From positions 22,078 to 86,077 of the forward strand of contig JAOSJU010000003.1 of assembly GCA_027493945.1 (NCBI GenBank): a DNA stretch of 64,000 nucleotides, read 5' to 3'. The position numbers and the translations under genes are program-made. Below, one piece after another: positions 11,115 to 22,099 of the stretch (position 1 is its first letter; every line of letters begins with the position of its first letter). Source of the stretch: Burkholderiaceae bacterium. GTDB lineage: Bacteria; Pseudomonadota; Gammaproteobacteria; Burkholderiales; Burkholderiaceae_E. The notes under the pieces were generated by a model. That model searched no databases. It was not told the DNA's origin and worked only from the letters and a program-made list of their open reading frames with translations.

Positions 11115-11710
11115 TGTTCAAGAGACTGCCGCTGATCGGCGCACTCGTCGTCGCCCTGTCCACCGTGCCCGATGGCGCCGGCGCCGCGCCCAATCCGCAG
11201 GTGCTGGTGAAGACCTCGATGGGCGAGTTCGTGATCGAGCTCTACCCCGACAAGGCACCGATCAGCGTGTCGAACTTCCTCCAATACGTGAACGACGGCT
11301 TCTACGCCGGCACGATCTTTCATCGCGTGATCGGCAGCTTCATGATCCAGGGCGGCGGCTTCACGGCCGACCTGTACAAGAGCCAGATGAAGCCCAAGCC
11401 CACGCGCGCGCCCATCGCGATCGAATCGAAGAACGGCCTGAAGAACGACACCGGCTGGGTCGCGATGGCGCGCACCGCCGACCCGAACTCGGCGACCAGC
11501 CAGTTCTTCATCAACGTGGTCGACAACGCCGGCCTGAACCATCCGCAACCCGACGGTCACGGCTACGCGGTCTTCGGCAAGGTGGTGAGCGGCATGGACG
11601 TGGTGAACGCGATCCGCAAGGTGCGCACCGGTTCGGTCGGCCCCTACCAGGACGTGCCGGTAGACGCCGTGCTCATCGACTCGATGGCCGTCGTCGGCGG
11701 CGGCAAGTGA
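11111..11710 (+). CDS. ppiA: Cyclophilin-type peptidyl-prolyl cis-trans isomerase (periplasmic)
   Basis: Signal peptide; FHRVIGSFMIQGGG, AMART, SATSQFFIN, YAVFGKV. Confidence 0.9.
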   Translation: MMFKRLPLIGALVVALSTVPDGAGAAPNPQVLVKTSMGEFVIELYPDKAPISVSNFLQYVNDGFYAGTIFHRVIGSFMIQGGGFTADLYKSQMKPKPTRAPIAIESKNGLKNDTGWVAMARTADPNSATSQFFINVVDNAGLNHPQPDGHGYAVFGKVVSGMDVVNAIRKVRTGSVGPYQDVPVDAVLIDSMAVVGGGK

Positions 11711-12507
11711 TCGTCGTCGGGCAGGCGGCGCGCGAGGTCGCGCTGTTCTGCTCCGACATGCACCTGGGCGACCACGATCCGGCCACTGCAGCGTTGTTCC
11801 TCGACCGGCTCGACGCGCAGGCGCGCGCGGCGAGTCACCTGTTCCTGCTCGGCGACCTGTTCGAGGCCCGGGTGGGCGACGACCAGCCCGACGCCGCCGC
11901 GCAGCAGCTGATCGAGCGGCTGGCCGTGCTCGCCGCCTCCGGCGTGCGGGTGCACGCAATGCGCGGCAACCGCGACTTCCTGCTCGGCGTGGCGTTCCCC
12001 GAGGCGGCGGCAACGCCCGCCCCGCGCCCGTTTCACGCGCGCGCCGGCACCGTGATGCTCGACGATCCCTGCACCGTCACGCTGTTCGGCGAGCCGGTGC
12101 TGCTCGCGCACGGCGACGCGCAGTGCACCGACGACCTCGATTACCAGCGCGCGCGCGCGCTGACGCGCACCGGCGCGTGGCAGCGCGACTTCCTCGCGCG
12201 GCCGCTCGACGAGCGGCTGCGCATCGCCGGCGAGCTGCGCGGCGAAAGCCGCCGCGTGCAGGCCGAGCGCGCGATGGGTGGCGCCGAGCCCGGAGACGTC
12301 AACCAGCAGGCGGTGGAGGCGGCGATGCGCGCCGCCGGCGTGCGCACGATGGTGCATGGCCACACGCACCGGCCGGCCTGCCATCGCTGGGCACTGGACG
12401 GCGCGCCAGCGCGGCGCTGGGTGCTGCCCGACTGGCACGCGGGTCGCGCCGCGCGCGGCGGCTTCCTGCGGGTGGATTCCTCGGGCTGGTCGACGATCGG
12501 CTGTTGA
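11707..12507 (+). CDS. lpxH: UDP-2,3-diacylglucosamine diphosphatase
   Basis: SDMHL, GDLFE, GNRDFL, HGD, HGHTHRP; follows ppi. Confidence 0.92.
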   Translation: MIVVGQAAREVALFCSDMHLGDHDPATAALFLDRLDAQARAASHLFLLGDLFEARVGDDQPDAAAQQLIERLAVLAASGVRVHAMRGNRDFLLGVAFPEAAATPAPRPFHARAGTVMLDDPCTVTLFGEPVLLAHGDAQCTDDLDYQRARALTRTGAWQRDFLARPLDERLRIAGELRGESRRVQAERAMGGAEPGDVNQQAVEAAMRAAGVRTMVHGHTHRPACHRWALDGAPARRWVLPDWHAGRAARGGFLRVDSSGWSTIGC

Positions 12508-12541
12508 GGCCGGCCAGAGCCCGTGCTCGCTACGGACGGTC

Positions 12542-13284
12542 CTACTCGACCATCTTGTTCAGCGCCGGGGCATCGAGCGGCTCGCCCGACTCGCTGACCT
12601 CGGCGCCCAGCCGCGCCAGCGCCGCCTGCAGCTGCTCGATCGCGCGGTCCTGCTCGGCGACGTGGTCGATCAGCCGATGCAGCGCAAGCGAGAGCGGATC
12701 GTCGCCACCCTGCGTGACCGCATAGGCCGAGAAACCCATCTTCTGCGCCTGCGCCTCGCGGCGCTGGTCGGCTTCCTCGACGATCACGCGCGCCGGAATG
12801 CCGACCGCGGTCGCGCCCGCAGGCACTGCCTTCACCAGCACCGAATTGGAGCCGATGCGCGCGCCCGCACCGACGGTGAACGGGCCGAGCACCTTGGCAC
12901 CGGCGCCGACCACGACGCCCTTTTCGAGCGTCGGGTGGCGCTTGCCTTCGTGCAGCGACACCCCGCCAAGGGTCACGCCCCGGTAGATCGTGCAGTCGTC
13001 GCCGACCTCGGCCGTCTCGCCGATGACCACGCCCATGCCGTGGTCGATGAAGACCCTGCGGCCGATCGTGGCCCCGGGATGGATCTCGATGCCGGTGAAC
13101 ATGCGCGCGCACTGCGACACGAACCGCGCCAGCGTGTGCAGTCCTGCCCCCAGAGCGCATGGGCCATCCGGTGCATCGCGAGCGCGTGTACGCCCGGATA
13201 GCACAGCAGCACTTCGAGCCCGGACCGCGCAGCCGGATCCTTCTCCAGGACGACCGTGACATCTTCGCGCAGGCGCTCGAACAT
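12542..13284 (-). CDS. cysE: Serine O-acetyltransferase (frameshift near 13150)
   Basis: MFERLREDV...DPAARS...YPGVHA, then [34 protein letters not shown]. One G is missing from a G-run. Confidence 0.93.
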
Positions 13285-13402
13285 CCGTGCTCTCCGATAC
13301 TCGTCGTAACGTTTCAGTTTAAGCGCTTTGCGGCTGCCCCCGGCGACGATGCGGGCAAGTGCGGCCAGCCGCGCATGCAGACGGCCGGAATGCGTCGAGG
13401 GT

Positions 13403-14161
13403 TCATCGGGAAGCCCTGGTGAGCCTTTCGATGCGCGTGCAGATGCCGCGCAGGATCGCCACTTCTTCGGTCTCGAGGCGCGCGCGGGCGAACAGCCGGC
13501 GCAGTCGCGGCATCAGCTTCTTCGGGCGGCGCGGATCGAGAAAACCGATGCTGGTGAGTGCGCGCTCGAGATGGACGTAGAGCGCCTCGACCTGCGCCTG
13601 CGTCGCGTGCGGCGAGGTCGGTGCCGCGGTGGCGGTTCCGGGCGCAGGCGTACCCGCGGTGGCAGGCGTTGCAGGCGTCGCGGCGGCGTGCGCGCGCAGG
13701 CAGTACGCGATGACCTGCACGGCCTGCGCGAGGTTCAGCGATTGGTAGTCCGTCTCGCCCGGGATGCTGCACAGCGCCCGGCACAGGCCGACTTCCTCGA
13801 TCGACAGGCCGGTGCGTTCGGCGCCGAAGACGAACGACACGCGATGCGCCGTATCGGCAGCCAGTTCGTCGCGCGCCAGCTGCACGCAGGCCTCCGGCGT
13901 CTGCGCGAGCGGCCCGAACTCCCGCGTCTCGGCGCTCACCGCGATCGCCAGCGTGCGGTCGGCCAGCGCCTGCGTCAGCGACGGGACGATGCGCGCGGCC
14001 GCCAGCACGTCGTGGGCCCGACTGGCGCGGGCGATCGCCTCGGGATGGGCGCGGACCTGCGGATCGCGCGGCGCGGCCAGCACCAGCCGGCGCAGCCCCA
14101 TCGCGCGCATCGCGCGCGCGGCCGCGCCGACGTTGCCGGGATGGCTCGTGCCGACCAGCAC
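13403..14161 (-). CDS. trmJ: tRNA (C32/U32) 2'-O-methyltransferase, SPOUT family
   Basis: [30 protein letters not shown]; divergent from suhB. Start uncertain. Confidence 0.88.
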   Translation of the reverse strand: MLVGTSHPGNVGAAARAMRAMGLRRLVLAAPRDPQVRAHPEAIARASRAHDVLAAARIVPSLTQALADRTLAIAVSAETREFGPLAQTPEACVQLARDELAADTAHRVSFVFGAERTGLSIEEVGLCRALCSIPGETDYQSLNLAQAVQVIAYCLRAHAAATPATPATAGTPAPGTATAAPTSPHATQAQVEALYVHLERALTSIGFLDPRRPKKLMPRLRRLFARARLETEEVAILRGICTRIERLTRASR

Positions 14162-14265
14162 GAACTCGACGCGGTCGAACCACGCGGGTGCGGGACGGTG
14201 AAGGCTTGCCGGGGCGATCCCTTAGAATGACGGGTTCTGTTCAGTCACTACAGGCCCGATCGCCC

Positions 14266-15102
14266 ATGCATCCGATGCTGAACGTGGCGGTCCGGGCGGC
14301 GCGACGCGCCGGCCGGATCATCAACCGCGGAAGTCTCGACCCGGAGACACTCGCGGTGGCGCGCAAGCAGCGCAACGATTTCGTGACCGAGGTCGACTAC
14401 GCCTCGGAAAAGGCGATCATCGAGACCCTGCTCACCGCGTATCCGGACCACACGATCTTAGCAGAGGAGTCCGGCCATCTCGTCAAGGGCGTGGCCGCCG
14501 GCCCCGGGCACAAGATCGAGCACGCCGAGCACATCTGGATCATCGATCCGCTCGACGGCACCACCAACTTCATCCACGGCCTGCCGCAGTACGGCGTCTC
14601 GATCGCGCTGATGCAGCGCGGCGTGGTCACGCAGGCAGTCGTCTATGACCCCAACCGCGACGAGCTGTACACCGCCACCAAGGGCGCGGGCGCGTTCCTG
14701 AACGACCGGCGCATCCGGGTGTCGCGGCGCCAGAAGCTCGACGAGGCGCTGATCGGCACCGGGTTTCCGTACCGCAAGCTCGATCAGCTCGAGGAATACC
14801 TGGCGATCTTCCGCAGCCTGACCGAGCGCGCCGGCGGCATTCGCCGCCCGGGCGCCGCGGCGCTCGATCTCGCCTATGTCGCCTGCGGCCGCTTCGACGG
14901 ATTCTTCGAGATGGGCCTGTCGCCGTGGGACGTCGCGGCCGGCAGCCTGCTGATCACCGAGGCCGGCGGACTGATCGGCGACTTCCACGGTGAACCCGAC
15001 TACCTGTTCTCCGAGCGCGTGGTGGCCGGGTCGCCGAAGGTGTTCGCGGCGATGATCGCGCTGCTGCGCGGCATGCCTCCGGCGGTGCGGACGCAGGGGT
15101 GA
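14266..15102 (+). CDS. suhB: Inositol monophosphatase family protein
   Basis: [41 protein letters not shown]. Confidence 0.93.
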   Translation: MHPMLNVAVRAARRAGRIINRGSLDPETLAVARKQRNDFVTEVDYASEKAIIETLLTAYPDHTILAEESGHLVKGVAAGPGHKIEHAEHIWIIDPLDGTTNFIHGLPQYGVSIALMQRGVVTQAVVYDPNRDELYTATKGAGAFLNDRRIRVSRRQKLDEALIGTGFPYRKLDQLEEYLAIFRSLTERAGGIRRPGAAALDLAYVACGRFDGFFEMGLSPWDVAAGSLLITEAGGLIGDFHGEPDYLFSERVVAGSPKVFAAMIALLRGMPPAVRTQG

Positions 15103-15353
15103 AGCCGCGCGGCGCGCGGCCGCAGCATACTTTCGAGCATACCCATTCCGGTTGCCCGATCCCACGCGCGAATTTTTTTCCGGGATCCGGCCATAACTCG
15201 GCAAAGAAGTTCCTCAATTCGCTGCTTGCGCAGTGCAATTGGCATGCATCTTCTCCGCATTCGGCCCGACAATGACGGTGTCGCGCGCTGACACAATCCG
15301 GCGCGCGAATCCGGCGCAGCCGGATCCCGCTCGACTCTCGCTCTCACGACACC

Positions 15354-16505
15354 ATGATTCGATCATTGCATCGCGTCGTCGCCGCGCCCGAGCGCCCCGA
15401 CTCCCGGAGTTGGGAGGCGGGCGCCATCCGCACGATCGAAGCCGACTTCAACCGCTCGGCCGACACCCACCTGATCCCGGTGCCGTTGCCGGCGACGCCG
15501 GACGTGCACCTGTACCTGAAGGACGAGTCGAGTCACCCCACGGGCAGCCTGAAGCACCGGCTGGCGCGATCGCTGTTCCTGTACGCGCTGTGCAACGGCT
15601 GGCTGCACCGCGAGAGCACGGTGATCGAGGCGTCCTCGGGGTCCACCGCGGTGTCCGAAGCCTACTTCGCGCGACTGATCGGGCTGAAATTCGTCGCGGT
15701 CATCCCCGAGACGACGTCGCCGGAGAAGATCGCGGCGATCCAGTTCTACGGCGGCCGCTGCCACCTCGTGAAGCATCCCCAGGCGGTCTACGGCGAGGCC
15801 GAGCGGCTGGCGCGCGAACTGGGCGGACACTACATGGACCAGTTCACCTACGCCGAGCGCGCGACAGACTGGCGCAGCAACAACAACATCGCCGAGTCGA
15901 TCTTCGCGCAGATGGCCCAGGAGCCACATCCGGTGCCGAAATGGATTGTCTGCAGTTGCGGCACCGGAGGCACGACCGCCACGATCGGGCGCTACATCCG
16001 CTACCGCTGCTTCGACACCCGGGTGTGTGCCACCGACCCCGAGAACTCGGTGTTCTTCGACGCCTACGCCAGTGGCGACATGTCGCTGCGCCTGCAGAAC
16101 GGATCGCTGATCGAAGGCATCGGCAGGCCTCAGGTCGAGCGCTCGTTCATGCCGGGCGCCATCGATGCGATGCTGAAGGTGCCCGACATCGCATCGCTGG
16201 CGGCAATCCGCTACCTGCAGCAGGTTCTCGGGCGCCGCTGCGGCGGCTCTACCGGCACCAATTTCATCGGCGCGCTTCACCTGGCCCGACAGATGCACGA
16301 AGACGGCGAGCGGGGTTCGATTGTCACGATCCTCTGTGACAGCGGCGAGCGCTACCTGCGGAGCTACTACGACGACACCTGGCTGGCCGCCCGCGGCATG
16401 CGCATCGAGCCGGCGCTGGCGGCGGTGCGCGCCTGCGCCGAGGAGGGGATCCCCCTGCCCTGGACACCCGGAGCGGCAGGAGCCTGCGCTTCGCCGGAGC
16501 GCTGA
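15354..16505 (+). CDS. PLP-dependent cysteine synthase-family enzyme, cysteine desulfhydrase (Cds1)-like
   Basis: [53 protein letters not shown]. Confidence 0.82.
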   Translation: MIRSLHRVVAAPERPDSRSWEAGAIRTIEADFNRSADTHLIPVPLPATPDVHLYLKDESSHPTGSLKHRLARSLFLYALCNGWLHRESTVIEASSGSTAVSEAYFARLIGLKFVAVIPETTSPEKIAAIQFYGGRCHLVKHPQAVYGEAERLARELGGHYMDQFTYAERATDWRSNNNIAESIFAQMAQEPHPVPKWIVCSCGTGGTTATIGRYIRYRCFDTRVCATDPENSVFFDAYASGDMSLRLQNGSLIEGIGRPQVERSFMPGAIDAMLKVPDIASLAAIRYLQQVLGRRCGGSTGTNFIGALHLARQMHEDGERGSIVTILCDSGERYLRSYYDDTWLAARGMRIEPALAAVRACAEEGIPLPWTPGAAGACASPER

Positions 16506-16530
16506 TGAACCCGGCACGAGGAGCTGGACG

Positions 16531-17403
16531 ATGAATGGAACGGTTGCTTTCATCGGGCTGGGCGCCATGGGCGCGCCGATGGCCTCGGGCCTGCTCGAAG
16601 CAGGTTTCGGGCTGCGCGTGTTCAACCGCACCGGGGCGCGCGCCGAGGCGCTCGGAGATCGCGGCGCCGTCGTCTGCGATTCGATCGCCGAGGCGGTGCG
16701 CCCGGCCGACTTCGTGGTCTCGATGGTCTCCGACGACGAGGCGACGCGCGCGGTGATGTTGGGCGCGGGCGCCGCAGTGCAGAGCGCAGCGCCGGGCACG
16801 CTGATCGTGGATAGCAGTACGAACACCCCTGCGATGTCGCGTGCGGTTGCCGCCCGGGCACGCGAGCGCGGCCTGCTGCACGTCGATGCACCAGTGTCGG
16901 GCAGCATCACGCAGGCCCGCGACCGGCAGCTTGTGTTCATGGCCGGCGGCGACGAGGCTGCACTCGACCGCGCCCAGCCGTTGCTCGCGGCGATGGGGCG
17001 CATGACGGTGCGCGCCGGACCGAGCGGCGCCGGCGCGACGATGAAGTTGATCAACAACATGCTCGCGGGCACGCTGACCGCCGCGATCGCAGAGGCCATC
17101 GCGGTCGCGCGCGCGGCCGGCGTGGACCTGCAGGCCGCCGAACGCGCGCTTTGCGAGGGAGCGGCGGGCTCACGCCTGACGCGCACCAAGATCCCGAAGA
17201 TGATCTCGGGCGACTTCTCGCCGCAGTTCCGCCTCGAACTGATGGACAAGGACCTGCGCTACTTCCTCGCGCTGGCCGACGACGTCGACCGTCCCGCGCC
17301 GATCTGCGCGCTGGTGCGCAGCCAGCTGCAGGCGGCCCGCCCGGCTGGCCTGGGCGCGCTCGACACCAGCGCGCTGGTCACCCGCGCAGGCGAGCTTCTC
17401 TAG
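16531..17403 (+). CDS. Beta-hydroxyacid dehydrogenase (3-hydroxyisobutyrate/tartronate semialdehyde reductase family)
   Basis: FIGLGAMGAPMA, DAPVSGS, KLINN, KDL motifs. Confidence 0.88.
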   Translation: MNGTVAFIGLGAMGAPMASGLLEAGFGLRVFNRTGARAEALGDRGAVVCDSIAEAVRPADFVVSMVSDDEATRAVMLGAGAAVQSAAPGTLIVDSSTNTPAMSRAVAARARERGLLHVDAPVSGSITQARDRQLVFMAGGDEAALDRAQPLLAAMGRMTVRAGPSGAGATMKLINNMLAGTLTAAIAEAIAVARAAGVDLQAAERALCEGAAGSRLTRTKIPKMISGDFSPQFRLELMDKDLRYFLALADDVDRPAPICALVRSQLQAARPAGLGALDTSALVTRAGELL

Positions 17404-17440
17404 AATTGCACTACATCGACACCGACACAAGGAGCCCGCC

Positions 17441-18442
17441 ATGATCTCGAAATGGATGTTCCCGCGCCTCGCCGGCCTGCTCGGCACACTCGCGTGCGCG
17501 ATCGCCGCCAGCGCCATGCCCGTCGTGTCGGCCGCAGCCGACTGGCCCACCAGGCCGGTGCGCATCATCGTCCCGGCCGGTGGCGGTGGCGGAACCGCCG
17601 ATCCGATCTCGCGCGTGCTGGCCGACGAGCTCACCAAACGGCTCGGCCAACCCTTCGTGGTGGAGAACCGGGGCGGCGCGAACGGCAACATCGGCGCCAC
17701 CGCGGCGGCCAAGTCGGCCCCCGACGGCCAGACGGTGCTGTTCTCGTGGGCCGGCACGCTGGCGACCAACATCAGCCTGTACTCGCACCTGCCGTTTCAT
17801 CCGCAGAAGGACTTCGACCCGGTGATCCTGATCGGCGCAGTTCCGAACGTGCTGGTGGTGAACAACGCGCTCGGCGTCGATACGCTCGACAAGTTCATCG
17901 CGCTCGCGAAGAAGGAGCCCGGCAAGCTGAACTACGGCTCGACCGGTAACGGCAGTTCGATGCACCTCGCCGGCGAGCTGTTCAAGAAGCGCACCGGAAC
18001 CTTCATGGTCCACATCCCGTACAACGCCGCGGGCAAGGCGACCGCCGACCTGCTGGCGAACTACACGCAGCTGATGTTCCATCTCGTCACCGGCGCGGCG
18101 CCGTACGTCAAGTCCGGCCAGATGAAGGCGCTGGCGGTGCTGGCCGACAAGCGCTCGTCGGTGCTGCCCAACGTTCCCACGATGGCCGAGCTCGGGCTGA
18201 AGGGCGTGGAGTCCGAGACCTGGTTCGCAATGCTGTTTCCCAAGGGCACGCCGCACGAGGCAGCGGCGAAGCTCAACGCCACGATGAACGACATCCTGAA
18301 GGATCCGGCGGTGCGCGAGAAGCTGATCGGCATGGGCATGGAGCCGCTGGGCGGCACGCCGGAACGGCTGGCCGCCCACCTGGACGCGGAGATCCACAAG
18401 TGGGCCGAAGTGGTCAAGTTCTCGGGCGCGAAGATCCAATGA
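17441..18442 (+). CDS. Bug/TctC tripartite tricarboxylate transporter substrate-binding protein
   Basis: Signal peptide, WPTRPVRIIVP, GQPFVVENRGGANG, PDG, YGSTGNGS, HIPY. Confidence 0.92.
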   Translation: MISKWMFPRLAGLLGTLACAIAASAMPVVSAAADWPTRPVRIIVPAGGGGGTADPISRVLADELTKRLGQPFVVENRGGANGNIGATAAAKSAPDGQTVLFSWAGTLATNISLYSHLPFHPQKDFDPVILIGAVPNVLVVNNALGVDTLDKFIALAKKEPGKLNYGSTGNGSSMHLAGELFKKRTGTFMVHIPYNAAGKATADLLANYTQLMFHLVTGAAPYVKSGQMKALAVLADKRSSVLPNVPTMAELGLKGVESETWFAMLFPKGTPHEAAAKLNATMNDILKDPAVREKLIGMGMEPLGGTPERLAAHLDAEIHKWAEVVKFSGAKIQ

Positions 18443-19386
18443 GCGCCGCGATGAACAGGACGCAGCGCTTCCAGGCCGCGATCGCCGGCGCGCCGGTGGA
18501 CCGGCCGCCCTGCACTGCCTGGGTCCATTTCGCCACCGACCGGCTCGGCGGCACCGAGCACGCGATGCGGCATGCGCGCTTCGTGCGCGACTGCGACTGG
18601 GACATCTGCAAGATCGTCAACGACTTCCGCTATCCGCTCCCCGAAGGCGTTGAGACGCTCACCGGGCCAACCGAGATGTTACGCTTCGAGCGCGAACCGA
18701 TGTCGCGCGAGAGCTTCAGCGAGGAGTTGAAGTGCATCCGCCTGCTGCGCGCCGAGTTCGGCGACGAGATGCCAATCATGCTGACCACCTTCGACCCCTT
18801 CCAGCAGGTCATGCGCAGGGTCGGCTACACCCGTGCATCGATGGTGTTCGGGCATCCGCGCGAATCGCTGCGGATGCTCGACGCGGTCTGCCGGACCATG
18901 GAGGACTACATGGGCGCGGTACGGCAGGCCGGCTGCGACGCGATCTTCTTTTCGGTCAACAGCGCGATCACGCCGCCGCAGTCGCGTGGCATCGACGATC
19001 GCACCTTCCGCGAGTTCTTCCGCCCGTTCGAGCTGCGGATGCTCGAGGCCATGTCGGGCATGACCCGCGTGCTGCACATCCACGGCACGAACCTCGACCT
19101 CTCGCGCGTGCTCGACTACCCGGTCGAGGCGCTCAGCGTGTCCGATCGGCTCGCCGGCAACCCGTCGCTCGCGCAACTGCGCACCATGACCGACAAGTGC
19201 CTGATGGGCGGCGTCGACGAATCGACGATCGTGGAGAAGTCGTTGCCCGAGTTGCGTGCAGAGATCCACGACGCGGTGCGCCAGGCAGGGCGCGAGCGCT
19301 TCATCCTCTCGCCGGGTTGCACGATCCCGACGCAGACCCCGTGGTACGCGCTCGAGGCGATTCGCCGCACCTGCGAGGCGCTTTGA
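18439..19386 (+). CDS. Uroporphyrinogen decarboxylase / MtaA-type methyltransferase family protein
   Basis: DRPP, LHIHG, LMGGVDE, FILSPGCTIP (putative Zn ligands His/His/Cys). Confidence 0.78.
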   Translation: MSAAMNRTQRFQAAIAGAPVDRPPCTAWVHFATDRLGGTEHAMRHARFVRDCDWDICKIVNDFRYPLPEGVETLTGPTEMLRFEREPMSRESFSEELKCIRLLRAEFGDEMPIMLTTFDPFQQVMRRVGYTRASMVFGHPRESLRMLDAVCRTMEDYMGAVRQAGCDAIFFSVNSAITPPQSRGIDDRTFREFFRPFELRMLEAMSGMTRVLHIHGTNLDLSRVLDYPVEALSVSDRLAGNPSLAQLRTMTDKCLMGGVDESTIVEKSLPELRAEIHDAVRQAGRERFILSPGCTIPTQTPWYALEAIRRTCEAL

Positions 19387-19925
19387 ACGCCGCCCGCGCA
19401 GCCGCCGGCGACACGCGCCGGCGCACCGCCCGGGCGCCCGCCGGCCCCGGCCTGAAGCTCGACCGCGTCGACCGTGCGCTGCTGCAGCTGCTGCAGGACG
19501 ACGCGTCGATGCCGATCGCCGAGCTGGCGGCGCGCGTCAACCTCTCGTCCACACCGTGCTGGCGGCGCATCCAGCGGCTGCGCGACGCCGGGGTCATCCG
19601 CAAACAGGTGATGCTTCTCGATGCGGCGAAGCTGAACGTCGGCGTCACCGTGTTCGTCTCGGTGCGCACCAGCCAGCACAATCCGGGCTGGCTCGAGCGC
19701 TTCGCGCGCGGGGTGGCGAAGATTCCCGAGGTGGTCGAGTTTTACCGCATGAGCGGCGACATCGACTACCTGCTGCGCGTGGTGGTGCCGGACATCGCCG
19801 GGTACGACGCGGTCTACAAGGAGCTGATCCGCGTGGCCGAGCTCACGGACGTCAGCTCCAGCTTCGCGATGGAACAGCTCAAGTACACCACCGCGTTGCC
19901 GCTGAACTTCGTCGAGCCGGGCTGA
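19383..19925 (+). CDS. Lrp/AsnC regulator, DecR-like
   Basis: LDRVDRALL...LSSTPCWRRIQRL...EFYRMSGDIDYLLRVVVPD...SSSFAMEQLKYTTALP. Start uncertain (TTG 19383). Confidence 0.88.
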   Translation: MNAARAAAGDTRRRTARAPAGPGLKLDRVDRALLQLLQDDASMPIAELAARVNLSSTPCWRRIQRLRDAGVIRKQVMLLDAAKLNVGVTVFVSVRTSQHNPGWLERFARGVAKIPEVVEFYRMSGDIDYLLRVVVPDIAGYDAVYKELIRVAELTDVSSSFAMEQLKYTTALPLNFVEPG

Positions 19926-19976
19926 GCCGCGGCGCCGACGGCGCGCGCGCAAGCCCGTATCAGCAGGCGACGCGGC

Positions 19977-20936
19977 TCATCGGCCCGCGCCCGGCGCGCC
20001 GGCATCCAGCCAGGCCGCCAGCCCGTCGGCGTTCAGCATGATGTCGAGCTCGAACAGCTCGAACAGCGCCGGGCCGCTGACCGGCCAGTCGCTGCGGCGT
20101 GCCTCCTCGATCAGCATCGCGCGCACACCCTCGCGCAGCCGCTCGCCGCGCCCGGGGCCGGCATCGCGGCAGTCGAGCGCGAGGTGCACGTGCGCGTCGA
20201 TCAGCCGATGCAGGTCGGCACCGCGACGCTGCACGTCGGTCACCTGCCCGAAGTGGGTCACGTAGATCGCGCCGGGCGCGCGCGCGAGCAGGCGGTCGAT
20301 CGACGCGTGCAGCGCCGGCGGATCGAACTGCACCGGCGTGGTGGACGGAAAGATCGCCTGGCGGCCGTCGCGCTCGAGCTCGCGATACGACAGGCCGAAG
20401 GTGTCGCCCGCGAAGACGTGGCCGGTGCGCTCGTCGACGATGCAGGCGTGGTGGCGGGCGTGGCCGGGCGTATCCAGGAACTCGAAGTGGCGCCCGTTCA
20501 GCGACAGGGTCGCGCCGTCGGGCATCTCGACCACTCGGTCGGCCGGCACCGGGACGATCTCGCCGTACATCCGCCGCGCCGCCTCGGCGCCATAGACCTC
20601 GATCGTCGCGGCGGTCAGGCGCGACGGATCGATCATGTGCCGCGCGCCGCGAGGATGCACCGCCAGGCGCGCGTTCGGAAACCGCGCCATCATCGCGCCG
20701 GCGCCGCCCGCGTGGTCGAGGTGCACGTGCGTGAGCATCACCCAGTCGACCTGCGCGGCCGAGAGCCCGCGCTCGGCGAGCGCCGCCAGCACGTGCGGCA
20801 CCGAGTCGTTCGAGCCGGTGTCGACGACCGCGGCGCGGTCGCCCTCGACCACGAGATGCACCGCGTCGAGCATCGGGCGCACGAAGCCCGAGTCGACCGC
20901 GACGATGCCGTGCCCATAGTCAATCGAAGAACGCAT
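19977..20936 (-). CDS. MBL-fold metallo-hydrolase
   Basis: THVHLDHAGG, TPGHARHH, FAGD, THFG. Confidence 0.88.
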   Translation of the reverse strand: MRSSIDYGHGIVAVDSGFVRPMLDAVHLVVEGDRAAVVDTGSNDSVPHVLAALAERGLSAAQVDWVMLTHVHLDHAGGAGAMMARFPNARLAVHPRGARHMIDPSRLTAATIEVYGAEAARRMYGEIVPVPADRVVEMPDGATLSLNGRHFEFLDTPGHARHHACIVDERTGHVFAGDTFGLSYRELERDGRQAIFPSTTPVQFDPPALHASIDRLLARAPGAIYVTHFGQVTDVQRRGADLHRLIDAHVHLALDCRDAGPGRGERLREGVRAMLIEEARRSDWPVSGPALFELFELDIMLNADGLAAWLDAGAPGAGR

Positions 20937-21795
20937 CGAATCCTCCCGGCGGCTCGAAACGGCCGTCGCGCACGACCAGCCGCGTCGGGCCCGGCATCGC
21001 GCGCACAGGCACGCTGTGGCGCTCGTCGCCGGGGTAGACCGCGGTGCGCACGCCGTCGGCCTCGAACGATTCGGGCTCGATCACTGGCGGCGGCCGGCGC
21101 CGCGCCTCGTCGAGCACGCCGGCCACGCTGGCGTGCCGGCCGATCTGCGCCAGGCTCATGATCTGCGCCGGCGCCAGCACGATCTCGCGGCGCCGGTAGC
21201 GCTCGATGGCCGCACGCGGCGTCAGCCAGACGCTGTCGGTGGCCTCGTGGTCGTCATGGCGCGCCTGCTGGCCGCCCGGCAAGGCCGCGACGAAGAAGCG
21301 CGCGTCGAAGCGCTTGTTCATCATCGCCGGCACCTTCGGCGTGATCCAGCGCGTGAACGGCACCAGCGCGTCGCTGGCGAGTTGCAAGCCGAACTCGGCG
21401 AGCAGCGCCCCGAACGGCAGCCCCTCGCGCGCGCGACGGTTCGCCCGCTCGGCCAGGCGCGCATCGGCGTCGCGCGCGAGCAGCACGCTCGCCTCCTCGA
21501 AGGTTTCGCGGCACGCGGCCACGAAGAAGCCGGCTGCGAGCCGGGCGTCGAGGCCGGACTCGCCGAGCCGCGCGCGCAGCGTCTCGGCCGGCGCGCCGGC
21601 GCGCGAGATCGACGCGTCGGCGCTGTCGGCGTCGTCGAGCTTGCCTCCGGGAAAAACGTAGACGCCGCCGAGCACGTCCGAGTTGCCGTGCCGGCGCAGC
21701 ATCAGCACTTCGGGGCCGCGATCGCTGTCGCGCAGCAGCACCACCGTGGCTGCCGGACGCGGCGGGGTGAGAACGGGTCGATAAAGCGGTTCCAT
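20920..21795 (-). CDS. NUDIX hydrolase
   Basis: PRPAATVVLLRD, YVFPGGKLD, RETFEE, WITP...RFDARFF. Confidence 0.85.
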   Translation of the reverse strand: MEPLYRPVLTPPRPAATVVLLRDSDRGPEVLMLRRHGNSDVLGGVYVFPGGKLDDADSADASISRAGAPAETLRARLGESGLDARLAAGFFVAACRETFEEASVLLARDADARLAERANRRAREGLPFGALLAEFGLQLASDALVPFTRWITPKVPAMMNKRFDARFFVAALPGGQQARHDDHEATDSVWLTPRAAIERYRRREIVLAPAQIMSLAQIGRHASVAGVLDEARRRPPPVIEPESFEADGVRTAVYPGDERHSVPVRAMPGPTRLVVRDGRFEPPGGFDAFFD

Positions 21796-22008
21796 GGGCG
21801 ACCCGCATTCTGCCTGATGGCGCCCGATGCCGCGGTGGGCTATCATTGGCCCGTGGATCCAGTCATGAACGCGATGCATTCGAACCGCCAGCGCCGCCGC
21901 GCCGCCGCCCATCCGGGCGCCGGGCGCCGCTCGCGCGCGCGCATCGCGTCTCCCGGGCGTCAGTTCGGGGCCGCAAGCCGCAACGGCACTTCGGCCTTCG
22001 ACCACTGA

Positions 22009-22099
22009 GCCCGGCGATCCACCCCAAGACTTTCTCCGACCCTCACTGATCGCCGGGCCCCACAAGGGGTCAGGTCGCGCCGTGCGCCGAAAGGCGCAT
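22009..22099 (+). promoter_or_regulatory. Structured 5' leader upstream of rnk-like gene
   Basis: Perfect 11-bp inverted repeat (22009-22019 / 22048-22058), a CCCC-ACAA-GGGG hairpin, and a TGCGCC-GAAA-GGCGCA tetraloop hairpin just before the RBS. Confidence 0.4.

Noticed and set aside
10364-11710. Apparent 448-aa TPR-cyclophilin fusion in the ORF track
   Set aside because: Produced by a +1 indel near 10728. The TPR continues in another frame to 11114, and ppiA has its own start and signal peptide.
15238-15256. TTGGCATGCATCTTCT resembling a sigma54 promoter upstream of the cds-like gene
   Set aside because: The -12 position is CT rather than GC, so the GG-N10-GC rule is not met.
19977-20936. 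MBL-fold genes (also 47160-47954) as beta-lactamases
   Set aside because: No signal peptides; motifs and context match housekeeping MBL hydrolases.
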